From Yuukianura sp. NJ FZ-2021 (taxonomy: Eukaryota): DNA of 64,000 nucleotides. Numbering within the stretch: position 1 is the stretch's first letter; each line of letters starts with the position of its first letter. The position numbers and the translations under genes are program-made. The DNA lies in contig CM102290.1 of NCBI GenBank assembly GCA_046563655.1, positions 13,578,001 to 13,642,000 of the forward strand, written 5' to 3'. Of the stretch, positions 21,546 to 33,546 are shown piece by piece. The notes under the pieces were generated by a model, which was given only the letters and a program-made list of their open reading frames with translations, had not been told where the DNA came from and did no database searches.

Positions 21546-21775
21546 TGAACAAAAAGCATGAGGGGAGACCAATTGCTTTAAAATTCAAGTTTACAACCAA
21601 TAAAATAAAACAAAATAACAGAAGTCGTGAGTTGTATATTAAAATAGGCAATTAATTATATAGAAATATTTATTACTAATGATGTAAACTACTAATTATA
21701 ATAAATATACAAAAATTAGGCTAATAGTCCATTGCTTGCATTACACGTATATAATGTAAACTAGTGTACTAAGCC

Positions 21776-22215
21776 CAGTGTTGCTGGACGCTTAAACATC
21801 CAGTGGCTTAATTGTCACTTCCACTGAATACCAACTGGAAGAAATTCACCCGAAATAGAGGAAACTTTTAATGGATGGAAGAAATGAAGAATTTAACGCA
21901 AAATTCAAAAAAATTCATATTACAAAATAATATCACAGAAGTTTCTTTCGTCGTTAAAATTAATTATTTAATTAAAACTGATAGAAAAAAGATATTTCCT
22001 TCGTTTTTATACGGTATTTTGAATTGTTTAAGCTTTTCGTATTTTGAATTATTTATGCTTTTCGTATTTTGAATTGTTTAAGCTTTTCGTATTTAACTAA
22101 TTTAAATCCCGCGGCTGAAGTTCTGCTCCACTGGGTTCATCTATTTCGTCCATTTCTTCCACTGTATATCCAGCCATGGACGAAATATCGAAAAAGTGGA
22201 TATCCAGCAACACTG
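21776..22215. mobile_element. hAT-like MITE nested in the composite element
   Basis: TIRs cagtgttgctgga / tccagcaacactg, same family as 13419-13576; TSD degenerate (actaagcc/gataatcc); internal ~25-bp tandem ttttgaattgtttaagcttttcgta x3. Confidence 0.75.
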
Positions 22216-22450
22216 GATAATCCATCGAATTTCTAATTATATGCGATATACTAGTTTGATCAAAGACGTCTTATTATCAACGTACATAATTAACAATGCA
22301 ATCGTGATATTTAAAAATTAGTTGCCTTAAATTGAAATGGAAATTAATAAATTTCATTATTTATTAATTTTTACCCTGTTTTTGGACACTGTGTTTTAGG
22401 TGACGCTAACAGTAGACTTGATTATTGCAGTATTCGATTATATTAAAGTA

Positions 22451-22894
22451 CAGGGTGTGGCACGTAAAACTAGGCGCTAGAAAAATAATTTCTTTGTTTA
22501 TTTGGGGAATTATGGGGGAAAACTATAGCAAATAAACACTTTAGGGAATATTTTAGCCTAACCGTGACTTCTTCCAAAACTATCCTGTGGAAACTCACAA
22601 GGTGTAATGGTGTTTTAAACAATATCTTGGAATTTTTGAGACTTCTATAAATAAGGAAATTGCACTTTAGTGAGTTTGTTAGCCTAATCCTGACTTTTTC
22701 TAAACGTCCTTCTCTGGAAAATTAGAACGTGTGATGGAGTTTTTAAAAATCAATATTTCAGAACTTTTTAAATTTCCATAAATGAGGAAGATACAGTTTA
22801 GGGAGCATTATTTCGCACCACATGATAAACAGTTCTGGGTCAAGTTGCCCTTAGCAATGAATTTCAGCCGTTTACTTCTACACGCCACACCCTG
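22451..22894. mobile_element. Tc1/mariner-like MITE nested in the composite element
   Basis: ta|cagggtgtggcacgtaaaa ... ttctacacgccacaccctg; internal ~127-bp diverged tandem duplication. Confidence 0.75.
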
Positions 22895-22999
22895 TGATGC
22901 TAACAACAACGTTATTTAAATTAAACTGTTCAATTATTATTATACTATAATAATAATAATCATTATTATTATGATTATTATTATTATGTTATTATACTA

Positions 23000-23234
23000 C
23001 AGTGTGTTCCACGTAAAAGTAAACGCTTCCAATTATTTGCTAGTGGTTACAGACCAGGGAAAACCGATTTCCCCTGGAAGATTGTGGAATTGGACAATAA
23101 AATTTTACTTTACTTGGACCAATTCATGATCCCAAGCTCATAAAACTTCAATTTCTAAAACATATCCGGTCATACTCAGCAAAATAAACACGTTGTTTGT
23201 TGCAAAGGTGTTTACTTTTACGTGGAACACCCTG
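23000..23234. mobile_element. Tc1/mariner-like MITE nested in the composite element
   Basis: ta|cagtgtgttccacgtaaaagtaaac ... gtttacttttacgtggaacaccctg, about 25-bp near-perfect TIRs, related to the previous element. Confidence 0.8.
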
Positions 23235-23969
23235 GATAATTACTAATTAATCTTAATAACATGAATATTATAATAATATTTGTTATTTAATAATTAATAT
23301 AATCATTAATAATAATTATTAATATTGATGTTATTTATTATAATTATTATTGTTATTAATTATTAATAATAATAAGATAATAATGTGAATTGGTATGATA
23401 TAGTTATTCATAATTTGATGCTAAGTGTAACCTATCTCCCCTCACACTTCTGATTTTCCTGTTGGATCGCTAAAACAGCGATCCAAAATGTGGAAAATGC
23501 TGGATCGGCGAGCCAGGCGAGCCGATCCAACAAAATTTGTCGCGATCCGCGATCCGATCCGAGCCACAAAATTAAGTAAGCGATCCGAACCGAGCCGAAC
23601 CAACAAACTTTTGGCTCGATCCGCGATCCGAACCGAGCCACAAAATTAAGCCCGCGATCCGAGCCGAGCCGAACCAGTCAAACGCAGCGATCCGATCCGA
23701 ACCTGGCTCGCTGGCTCGGATCGGTTCGGCTCGGCTCGCTTCTGCGATCCAGCCTGGATCGCTATTTTGGCTCGTGCACAGGTGTGATTGAGATTGGACC
23801 GTCTCTAATTTTACATCTTCACAGAGGCTGGGTCTCTCTCGAGGTATTGGAGACATTGCTTCAAGTATTTGTGTTTCATTCGTCAGTTTCATTTGTTCAG
23901 TGGTGATTATTTGGATTTACATTTTGTGGCCAGGTCGGGAGTGTCAAAGTTCAACTAATCGGAAGAAGA

Positions 23970-24274
23970 ATGGCTGGTGGCGACCATATTGACGAATCCC
24001 AGTTCAAGGGTCTCTCCAAGTATTTCAATTCGTACACATTGACTGGCAGAGCCAATGTAAGTCCCCACTTTAACAAATACTTGCACTTGAATTGTGTTGA
24101 ACTGAAGTAGGATTCTTCACTGATCGTCTTCATCTCATCTTTTCTAATTGATGTCTATTTTTGCAGGTAGCAAAGGCTACGTACGCTGCAGTTGCTCTAA
24201 CTGCACTCTACTTTTACATGAAACCGAAGAAGAGCCCTCCACCACCGGCAACTCCAGCTTCACCGACCTGCTAA
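23970..24274 (+). CDS. ATP5MK: ATP synthase membrane subunit K (DAPIT/USMG5), 64 aa
   Basis: Exons 23970-24056 and 24167-24274 give MAGGDHIDESQFKGLSKYFNSYTLTGRANVAKATYAAVALTALYFYMKPKKSPPPPATPASPTC. KYFNSYTLTGRxN.AT is the DAPIT signature; AATAAA at about 24347. Not in the ORF track. Confidence 0.93.
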
Positions 24275-24806
24275 ATTACAAAATTGTAGTCACGCCCTAC
24301 TAGAAATTACACCATGGCTTACAAAAACTGCCCATAGTCTAATGAGAATAAATCCAATCAAATGTTACTAAGGTCACACGGAACAAGGAAACATCGGTCA
24401 TGGACGTTAAGGTTCTAAAGTTTAATTCTGGAAGAATACTGGACCGACAGACAGGTAATCTGTCATCATCATAAACTACTTCATGTATCATGGATGTTGT
24501 CAAGCGAGGTGACTAGCTTTCCTAAAAGATCATTCCAGATAGAGAACTTAGATTTATCATTTTCCAAGTGTTCATCTTCATCTTCCAGAAATCTAGCGGT
24601 ATGATTATTCATGAAATCACGTGTTTCTCCGTTGAAGAGCATCAGGCGTCTGATATTTCACAACAAATAAGTTTTAGTCTGCTGGCAGGGCAGGGGATTG
24701 ATGGGGTGTGAATGAGATATCTTTGTGTAATCTCACTTCTCCGTTGGTCTGCAGTGGATCTGGAGCTAAGGGATTTTCCTAATAGTTGTCTTCCAAAACT
24801 GACAAG

Positions 24807-26240
24807 ATGCGTTTCGTCCAGTACTTTCTGAAAACGAATCCAAGCGTTTCTCAACTGGGAATACGTTTGGGTCAAGAGATTGTCAACCTCAAGTCCATAG
24901 ACGCTACGTATCCAAGTAGCCTCATTCAATTGCTCAATGACCATCGTCCAGTTTTGGAAGAGTTGAAGAAGTAAGACGTTAAACTGACACTTCTCATTCA
25001 ATTTTGTAATGTACTTTGTTGTTCTTCTACAGATTGGACTTGACACAGGCCAAGGACAAAGTACGCGTGGACCAAGTAGAAATGGATGCTCCTCTCCGAA
25101 ACCCTGACAAGGTCATCTGCGTTGGAATGAACTACAAAGATCACTGTGACGAACAAAATGTCCCGGTTCCGGAAGAACCAATCTTCTTCACCAAGTTTCC
25201 CAGCAACATTACTGGACCCTACGATCCCATCACTTACCCTAGCATCACCAATGTAAGTAGCAAAACTAAACTAATGCTGGAAGTTATGAAAGTAATGTTA
25301 CTGGAAACTTACTTTGTACTTTGTTGTTTGAAGGAACTGGACTACGAAGTGGAGTTGGCATTTGTGATTGGGAAGAAAGGAAAGGACATAGCACTGGACA
25401 AGGCGATGGACCACGTCTTTGGCTACACAGTGGCTCATGACGTTTCGGCTCGTGACTGGCAGTTTAAGAAAAATGGCGGACAGTGGCTCCTTGGAAAGGC
25501 GATGGACGGGTTCTGTCCAATTGGACCCGAAATCGTCACTCAGGATGAGCTGAATGATCCACACAACCTTGGAATAAGGTTTAGTATTCCCATATTTAAA
25601 TATTTTACACTTAAAATTGTAGTACAAACACTTCACAAGACTATAATTTCACTTCTATTTTAAATTTTAGGTGTGTCGTAAATGGAATAGTACGTCAGGA
25701 GAGTAGCACTGCTCAAATTGTACACAAAGTCGACGCCATTATTGCATTCTTGTCAAAGTAAATTGTTGCTTAAAAATCTTATGTATAAAATACTGTTTTC
25801 TGGGATACAAATATTTTTAGGTCAATTATATATTGATATTTTTACGTTTCAGAATCGTAACGCTACTTCCTGGCGACATCATCCTAACCGGCACCCCTCC
25901 TGGAGTTGGTGTTTTCCAGAAACCGCCATTTTTTCTAAAGGTACTCACCATAAACCGTTTTGCAAAAAAAAAAAAAAATTTCACGTTACCCCAAGCGACA
26001 GTCGAAATTGTTGGGACAATAAAAAAAATTCAAAATAAAAATAATTTCGAGTGTCGTTTGGGGTAAGTTGAGATTCGCATTGACAAAAATGTCTTGTTTT
26101 TCGACAAGTTTATGGCCAAAGAGAATCTGTATACGTTAAATGATTTATACATTACTCGCTTATTAATTGAATTCCAGAGAGGTGACATTGTTGAATGCCA
26201 AATCGAAAACATCGGCACCATCAGGAACGAAATTATTTGA
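24807..26240 (+). CDS. FAHD2: Fumarylacetoacetate hydrolase domain-containing protein 2
   Basis: Exons about 24807-24970, 25033-25252, 25334-25578, 25671-25757, 25853-25940, 26178-26240. Motifs [88 protein letters not shown] near 26325. Confidence 0.95.
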
Positions 26241-26585
26241 ATTCACCGCCACAGATGGAAATCTCGGGACTACAAACATTGCCTACCACGAAAACACTTA
26301 TTTCTACGAAATAATCAAAGTGGAAATAAAAAAGTGACAACTAAACTCTGACTTCATAGTTTTTGACAAAAGATTTAATACTTACATTTCAACCTGGAAA
26401 TATTTAATTTGGAGTTCTTATGAGCTTTGGAACTACTAATGGATTAGAATGAACGTTTTCAAGGGCTATTGAATTGAATTGTTAGGGTGGAAGTAGACTG
26501 CTGCCAAAAACGGCCCAGGATTGAAATGATGAATTTTGAAGATAGTTATGTAAAAATAAGGCACAGGAAAATGTCAGGAAAACGT

Positions 26586-27636
26586 TTATGCGACGACTGC
26601 TTCTGGGGCGACTTTCTCCTGCTCCACCTCTGCCGCCTTCTCCTCTCCGTCGCCCACCTAAATTCATACATTAATACAAAATCATAAATCATTGCTTGGA
26701 ATTGATTGATTGGTGAAAAAATGAACGTCGGAAGTTTTACCAGTTTCACTTTCTTAGCGGCTGCGCCATCGTCTTCCTCGTTTGAATTTGCCTTGCCGTT
26801 TTGTTCCACCTTGCCGCCATCAACAGCATCTACAGCATCCGAGATTTTTCGTTTCTTCTCGTTGACTGTTTCTTGAGCATGAGCCCCGTCACCATTAGTG
26901 GCACCATTAGAAGCCTCAGTTGGCACTGCAGCAGCAGCAACCTAATTATGAATCATAACATTCCAATATGTAAATGTAATTCATTCAATAAGAAAAACCA
27001 AAAGCCAGACTATTAATTAGCATAGACACAGAAATGACTCAATACCTGTTCAGAATCAGCATCCGTTTCCATTTCAGTAGCTGTCACAGTATCAGTTTCA
27101 GCATCTTCATCTACAGCTTCTTCTTCTTCGTCTCCATCTTCGTCATCATCACCGTCCTCGTCCTCCCGAGCCAAAACTGTAGCAGTGTGAAGGCCAATAA
27201 CATGGATTGGTCCAGATCCTTTCTTGAGAACGAGAGTCACTGATGAGTCCGGTAGTTCGACGTTGATGATCGTTTGATAAGTGGATCCGGCCTTGAGAAA
27301 TGCCAATGGAGTGGTAACTGCGTCACCTTCAAAGCTTTTCGTTCGAACTTCGACTACATTTAGTTCTCCGTCCACGGCGGCTTCGTCCAGAATGACCTTG
27401 AAAATGTGAGGGTCAGTTACCTAGGGCTTCACAACCGTAATACTATATGCATAACCTAACGGATGTGACCTTGACCTTACCTGGCTGAGATGAAGCGTAT
27501 GTCGAAGTTCATCTTGACCTTTGACAATCGGAAGTGCTTTCTCGACCACAGAGGGATCCCACTTGTACTCCGGATTGGCCTTGGACAGTTTGAATGACAC
27601 AAAGTACTGGAAAGCCTGTTCTGGATGATCCGCCAT
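26586..27636 (-). CDS. Nucleoplasmin-like histone chaperone
   Basis: Exons about 27636-27481, 27397-27046, 26941-26741, 26657-26586. Core domain (LHLSQVIL..ELNVVEV..PLAFLKAG..VTLVLKKGSGPIHVIGLH) followed by acidic tract EDEDGDDDEDGDEEEE and basic clusters KKRK / AKKVK. Confidence 0.85.
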
Positions 27637-28238
27637 TTTGAAATGTCTAAAAGCTAAGGCTGAAAATGAAAATCAGAGGTCAGGGACTGAAGATGTTTCC
27701 TGGAAGGAGACGAAGCTGGTACTGAGATGTGCTTGTTGCGAATGCCACTGTCAGGGGGTTAGTGTGGTGTCGATTATGGAACGTAGAGGCAGAGAACGAA
27801 AACTATAATGTGTATTTTTCTGTTCCTGTCAGTTAGGTATTTAGTCCTAGTTAAACTCAACAAGTTCTAACATCAATTTCATTCAAGCCACGCAAGATAT
27901 TGAAAGGCATTCATTCCATTCAAATCAGGATTAACATAACTCCGGGTTCAAATTTGTTTCATTCTGTGACCAACGATTCATTATTATCGACAACTTGGAA
28001 CTTGGAAGCAATCAAGATATGCTAAACATTTTCAAATACATATGTCCATGTACAAGTCCATAGTCAAGTTTTTAACTGTCGAAGTACACAACACAACCTA
28101 CGACATTTAATTTTTTTGTTTCAAACGCATGCCCAATGACGAAATTCAAAAAACGAAACGAATCATCTCCGAATTCCGATCGTCTGGAACGTCACAAGGA
28201 CGTAACTTTATTCACAGATTCGAAAAACTTGACCTAGA

Positions 28239-30534
28239 CTACTTGGAGGAAAGGTACCCTCCTTTCCTAGGGTCATCGACTTTTCCAGTACAATTGACCT
28301 TGTCAACACTGTCACACTTCCCGGTATCCGCATTGTAGTACTGACCCTGCGTGCACTCCTTAGGAACAAATTTTCTGCCGTCACATTGTAAATATTTTTG
28401 ACAGTACTGCTTATCTGGGACTCGAACGTTGTGCGGCCAATCACATTGACCTAGAAGTGGATTGTAGGCTGTCCCAGGTCCACAGTTTTTGGCAAAAAGG
28501 CGTTTATTCTCGCACTCAATGAAACGATTACAGGATCCATCCAACGGTGCGATATAGTTGAAGTCGCATTCGTACTTGGATAAATCCCGGGACCATCGAG
28601 TGTTAAACTGTTTCCGGAAGTTGATATCAATGTCATGTTCCAGAGAAATCAAAGATTTGCAAACGGTTTTGTGGGAATAATCACAGTTTCCTTTGTCAGC
28701 GTTGAAAATCAATTTTCCCGGGCATGATTTGATATGAATTTGTTCATTTTCACATTCGATAAACTAAAAAGAATCAAAAACTGTCATGGATAAATTGAAG
28801 TTACAGTCGAACCTCTCATTGCGCAACACGTTCTGATTGTTTGGTTCAAATAAAACTTTTGGTTAGGAAAACATTCGCAACGTTTTGTTTTGATGATTTT
28901 GCAAGTAAAATCCCGCCAAAAACTTAAGTTTTACGGCACCCAATCAAGAGGAGGGTGAGGTGCTTAAAGTTGCGAAATGAGGGACTCCACTGTAATGTTT
29001 TTTTTCTGTAGGTCAAGCACTGACCTTATGACAATCATCGGGATGTATTGCGCTGTATTTGAAGCCGGGTTGACAGTCGTAAGTTTGAAAGTCCTGCATT
29101 CTGGCTCCACAGTCAACAATTCCTGGCGCTGAACAAACTTTCTTCAGTGGATCAAATAATGTACCTTTTGCACAACTTTGTTCTAGATATCGACCGTTGC
29201 TGTCACAAATACATGATTCTTACAATTTCAAATAGTACACTGAACCGAATGAAATTTTTAGTGTAGTATTTACCTGCAGATTTGAAACTTGTTGCAAAAT
29301 TGAGGATGTGGGGTTAGGAAATCCTTTGGACAGGACAAACTCCGTTTCTTGAGTTGATGCGTTTCCGTCGCCTTATTGTTTGAATTTGAGCTTATTTGAT
29401 CCAAATTGGAAATTATTGAACGTTTCCCTCTGGTTTGACAATTTCCATGTTGGTTTGAATCGCAAACGGACAGGCGTGAGTTGAAAGTGGTTCCACTTGG
29501 ACATTTTTGTTCAAATAACGTTCCAGAACCACACTGAATAAAATATTGACAGGATTTAGGATGGGGGAAGATACCTTCTTCGCCATGTTGGCAGTATTCG
29601 GCTCTCCAATCTCCGCCAACCGTGAAAGCATCGGAGTTCCCATAAGCCCAATGCAGAGACGCCTGTCTCTTTTGTAAATTTCCAGAAGTCTCCTTTCCCT
29701 TGAGTACAACGCTTGGATCTTGGACGGCTAAACATTAGAGATACGATACAGTAATCAGCATTCACATGAATTAACATTATTTATTCAACTGGGTTTAAAC
29801 TAACCCGGGTAGGCACATTCAAACAAGTGAGCGTCCACACAGATCTTGTCTATCGGGTGAAAGTGAGTTCCGACGGGGCAACGATTCACCGTTAGCGCAC
29901 TATCGTGACATGTAATGTACAGGTCACATGACGTCGGCGCTTCGTTTCTACAATACAAAAGGCAGGAGAACTTTTTTGAAACAAAACTTGTGGAATCGCA
30001 GCCTTTTATGTATTTAGTACAGTGGAACATCTCGTTCGGAAAATTGGTCAGATTGGTTGATTTCCGAATGAGAGGTTTTACTGTAAGACGTTTTCGTAGT
30101 TGATTTACGAATGTAAAACGTTTTCGTAGTTGAATTCCAAATGTAAAAAGTTTTGTTTTCGTAGTTGATTTTCGAATGTAAAACGTTTTCGTATTTCTCA
30201 AAAGGAAAGGCTTACTTTCCGCGGCGATTTGGACAGAGTTGATGGAATACTTTTGGAGCGATGTCTGTGTCAATAGAAACTGGTCCAATCAAACAATTGT
30301 CATCAGTCCACGTAACTTTGGTACCACAGGATGAGGTCACCGAAGGAGCTAGAATAGAAAAATAGAATGTTAAAAAAAGTACATTATTTTCAAAAAAGTT
30401 ATAAAACATAAGACACCAAAATGACGCCTAGAAACCGGGTGAAAGTCCTTACCTAAGGAATTTGCTCCGAACACGAGGTTTAGGAACAAAAGACATGAAA
30501 TGCTTTCACCAGAAATTGTTCCACGGTGTTTCAT
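28239..30534 (-). CDS. Secreted chitin-binding protein with about six peritrophin-A (CBM14/ChtBD2) modules
   Basis: Exons about 30534-30453, 30348-30216, 29947-29805, 29727-29273, 29199-29025, 28763-28239. Signal peptide MKHRGTISGESISCLLFLNLVFGANSL; repeated C..C..F/Y.C...CP.G..FN/D....C pattern, e.g. HPKSCQYFIQCGSGTLFEQKCPSGTTFNSRLSVCD. Confidence 0.88.
28804..28992. mobile_element. TA-flanked MITE family A (pogo/Tc1-mariner-like), intronic copy
   Basis: ta|cagtcgaacctctcattgcgcaac ... gttgcgaaatgagggactccactg|ta. Confidence 0.85.
30088..30195. repeat. Intronic ~30-bp tandem repeat (ttttcgtagttgatt..gaatgtaaaacg, 3-4 units)
   Basis: Directly visible; preceded near 30019 by a TIR-like tacagtggaacatctcg. 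Confidence 0.7.
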
Positions 30535-31192
30535 TTTCCAATTTTTATTTCTCACGTATGTAGAAAAAAAACAGAAATCGGTGTATATGAAGTTCTTAAC
30601 TAAATTTAACAAAATTCGAATTCAGTTGAACAGAGTTTGGCCTAAGTAATTTCCGTTCCAGCGGTTTTCCGGGAAGTGACAAATACTAAGATTCATTTTA
30701 ATCGAACGCTGACTAGCACCGCGTAACAGATTTTTCTAGATGAACTTAATTTCTTAGTTAATTCACATCTAACTATTATGATGATTTTGCTGTTAATTGA
30801 TAACTATGAAGCACTTTGTTGCTTAGTGTCAGTCAATCATCCGGACATTGCCGTTTTACTTTTAGACGCGTTTTATTGACATGAATTTTGAGAATGAAAA
30901 TTGTGAAAAAAGTGTGAAAATGAACTAATTCGTTAATTTACAGAATCAATCAATAAAAATCGGTGTAACGACGGCTTTAGTTTTGGAGACTACACAATAG
31001 CATGTTTTCCCATATCGATTTCCTTTGCCCATTTATGAATGGACTGGGCGGTCACCGCCTCAGCTGATTCAAGCATTCTTGATTGTTTCTTATTTTCATT
31101 AGACGCACATCATATTGAGTTGTTTTGTTGATTGATATTGATTGGAGTTTAATTGGGGTTAAGAGCTTTCTAGGTTACGGTTACGGAGTAAA

Positions 31193-31581
31193 ATGTCATC
31201 TTCGGATAATCAAAAACAACAACCACAACAGCAACCAGGCGACGGAATTCGGTCCCTACGTACCAGTACTGCATTTCGCACACTAAATTTTGAACTGTAT
31301 ACAAGGCCTGTAGGTATATTTGCCCTTACTCCTTACAGTTAAATTGTAGCTTAACTTTACAACGTTCTTACTGAACTAATTAGTTCTTTTCTGCCTATTC
31401 ATACTCTTCTACATTGATTTGTTTTCAGAATAAAGTGGTGATGGCCCTCGGTCTGCTCGGAATCACAGCCAGCATCGGATACTTGGTGTACATGAACTAC
31501 AACTACGACCGATCAAAGTACTACATTGGCACGCAGGAAGATGGTTCACAAGTTCTTCGGACGAAACCTTCGAGATGGTGA
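31193..31581 (+). CDS. SMIM8: Small integral membrane protein 8-like
   Basis: Exons 31193-31309 and 31429-31581 give MSSSDNQKQQPQQQPGDGIRSLRTSTAFRTLNFELYTRPNKVVMALGLLGITASIGYLVYM...EDGSQVLRTKPSRW. Matches the SMIM8 pattern G.R..RT...FR..N.EL...PNK.VM..GL + TM + S(K/R)W. Not in the ORF track. Confidence 0.9.
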
Positions 31582-32259
31582 TCTGCTCACGGAGTACAAA
31601 CCTAGTTAAAGTCCTTAAAGTCAATTAACTTCCTAATTATATCATCCTCCTTTGTTCCATTTTCCTGTAACTATTAATCCTGATCACTGAGGGTTAGGAT
31701 TTAAGCTAGTCTCGAAAGTACAAGATTTGAGACAGGCAAGTGATGTCAAACTGCTCTCAATCGTCGACCCGTCACACGTCATGTCATGTCTGAAATTAGC
31801 AAAAGAATGAGAAGATTAAACGCATTTGGTTCACGTATATAATTACAACTTGACTCCCGTATAATTACGTAAAAACTGTACTTCTTTTGGAGGCCAAAAC
31901 TTAATCGTTTTCTGCTGCTCTCATGCTCGAAGCTCAAATGCTCTTGTCATCTGTGTCACTTGTCCCAGCTACGGGGAGTAACTACGTGCATATTCATTTT
32001 TTTTTAAATCCTTCGTCACCAACAAAAAGTAGTGTTTGTACAAAAAAAAATTCATCCAACTTGTTCAGTCTACTCTGATTGCCTTTTACATTTTATAATA
32101 TGATAGTATCTACTAACGGAAATCTCAAAATTGGAATTAAGTACCAGTAATTGATTTTCTAGATTCTAAAAGCCATTAGTTTTTCAAAAAAATAGGAAGT
32201 TCTAAACAACCATTTCTTGGAGGTTATATTCAATTTTTTTCATATTAACATTTGTATTA

Positions 32260-32452
32260 CCGTATTTCCTTGGTTATAATGCGCGTGTTATCTGTGAAAT
32301 TTCGGAAAATTTTGGAAGAGAAAGGAAATCTTGAAGGCAAAATATTTCCGTGGTATTTTTTTCGAAACGTAAACTAAACGCAATTTATCATGCGTTCAAA
32401 ATTTGAGGCTGCGTCTTATACGCGAGTGCGTACTATATGCAAGGAAATACGG
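32260..32452. mobile_element. TA-flanked MITE with CCGTA termini (pogo/Tigger-like)
   Basis: ta|ccgtatttccttg ... caaggaaatacgg|ta. Confidence 0.8.
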
Positions 32453-33546
32453 TAGTAGCAACCTGTTTGGTATTGTTTTCGTTTCCTTCGAGTGGTTAAT
32501 GGGTTTTTGGCTATGTGAAGCCGCCGGAAACCGCATGACCGCCCGACGATGATTTCATGACACTCTTACGAAGTATCACCATTATTATTATTATATAAAA
32601 GGACTTTGCAATTAAGTTCAATAGCCATGAATCCATCCCCTTTCGATACGCTCTAAACAGTCTCCTACTTAAGTTTCCAAATGGGAGATTTACAGGCAGA
32701 ATGACAGCAGGAGCAACTCACTAAAAAAAAGATTTCTTTGCCAATTTATAAACAACTTCCGTCATCACCAACCATGAAATTCGCAATCGTTTCCTTCCGA
32801 ATTGGATCATAATTTCTAGATTTTGCACAAAGATTTAGCCACTCATCTCAAAGCAAGTCCCGTTTTTTTCTATTTTAGCACTAAAGAGTCTTGGATCACA
32901 AAGTTTTCACATAAACAGTGTACTTAACCTCCCCAAGTTATTTAGAAAGTCTTACTGTTTCTATTCAAATCTGGTTTTAAACTTGGCATTTCATTGAGAC
33001 CAAGACTGTAGTGGCTACGGATGTTTCAAAAAAATATTAGAATTTTTTTAGGAAAGTGGTTTCTGTTGATGCCAGACTGTTTGGACGTTTCTTTAAAGAA
33101 AAGTCGGAGTTTGGTTTTCCTGTTGCGGTTTTCACTGCGGATGGAGTGGGAATACATAAGGAGAAAGTCCATGTTTTCCTAAATGCTTTCCCCGCACTTC
33201 TCTTCCTTCAACAAAACCTCTACTCAGTCACTATAAACTTTTCAACTCCAGTTTGCACAAGACTCAAATGGACTTTTAACGAGGCTCAACACTTTCTCCC
33301 TTGGCTCCAAATCAAGTTGTTCGTGTTCAGAGACCTTGTTTGAATAAGTACGCGGCTTAAATAACTTAAATACAAGATCAGTTCTCAGACGCTCTGGTGC
33401 CATTATACCCCGCATTGTGGACGTTTCCATGACGACGCTCGATCCACAGTCGCACTTTTCAATTCCACTCCAAGCATTTCCGGATTCCAGTACAAAGTTA
33501 AGGTTTCTTTATCCCGAATCCAGACTTCTTATTTGTAAATCACACC

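Larger units (their letters stand above)
21217..23786. mobile_element. Composite non-autonomous hAT-like element, 2570 bp
   Basis: Perfect 12-bp TIRs CACACCTGTGCA (21217-21228) / TGCACAGGTGTG (23775-23786); perfect 8-bp TSD attgagat (21209-21216, 23787-23794); arrays of ccgagcc/cgatccg/ccgaacc at both ends; no transposase ORF. Confidence 0.85.

Noticed and set aside
21104..21655. Overlapping 83-170 aa ORFs on both strands (RSEPSR/GSDRGS repeats), also 23432-23892
   Set aside because: Translations of stop-poor transposon subterminal repeats; no domain or splice structure.
24807..26240. FAHD2 as a bacterial horizontal transfer
   Set aside because: Five spliceosomal introns and typical metazoan FAHD2 motifs ([11 protein letters not shown]).
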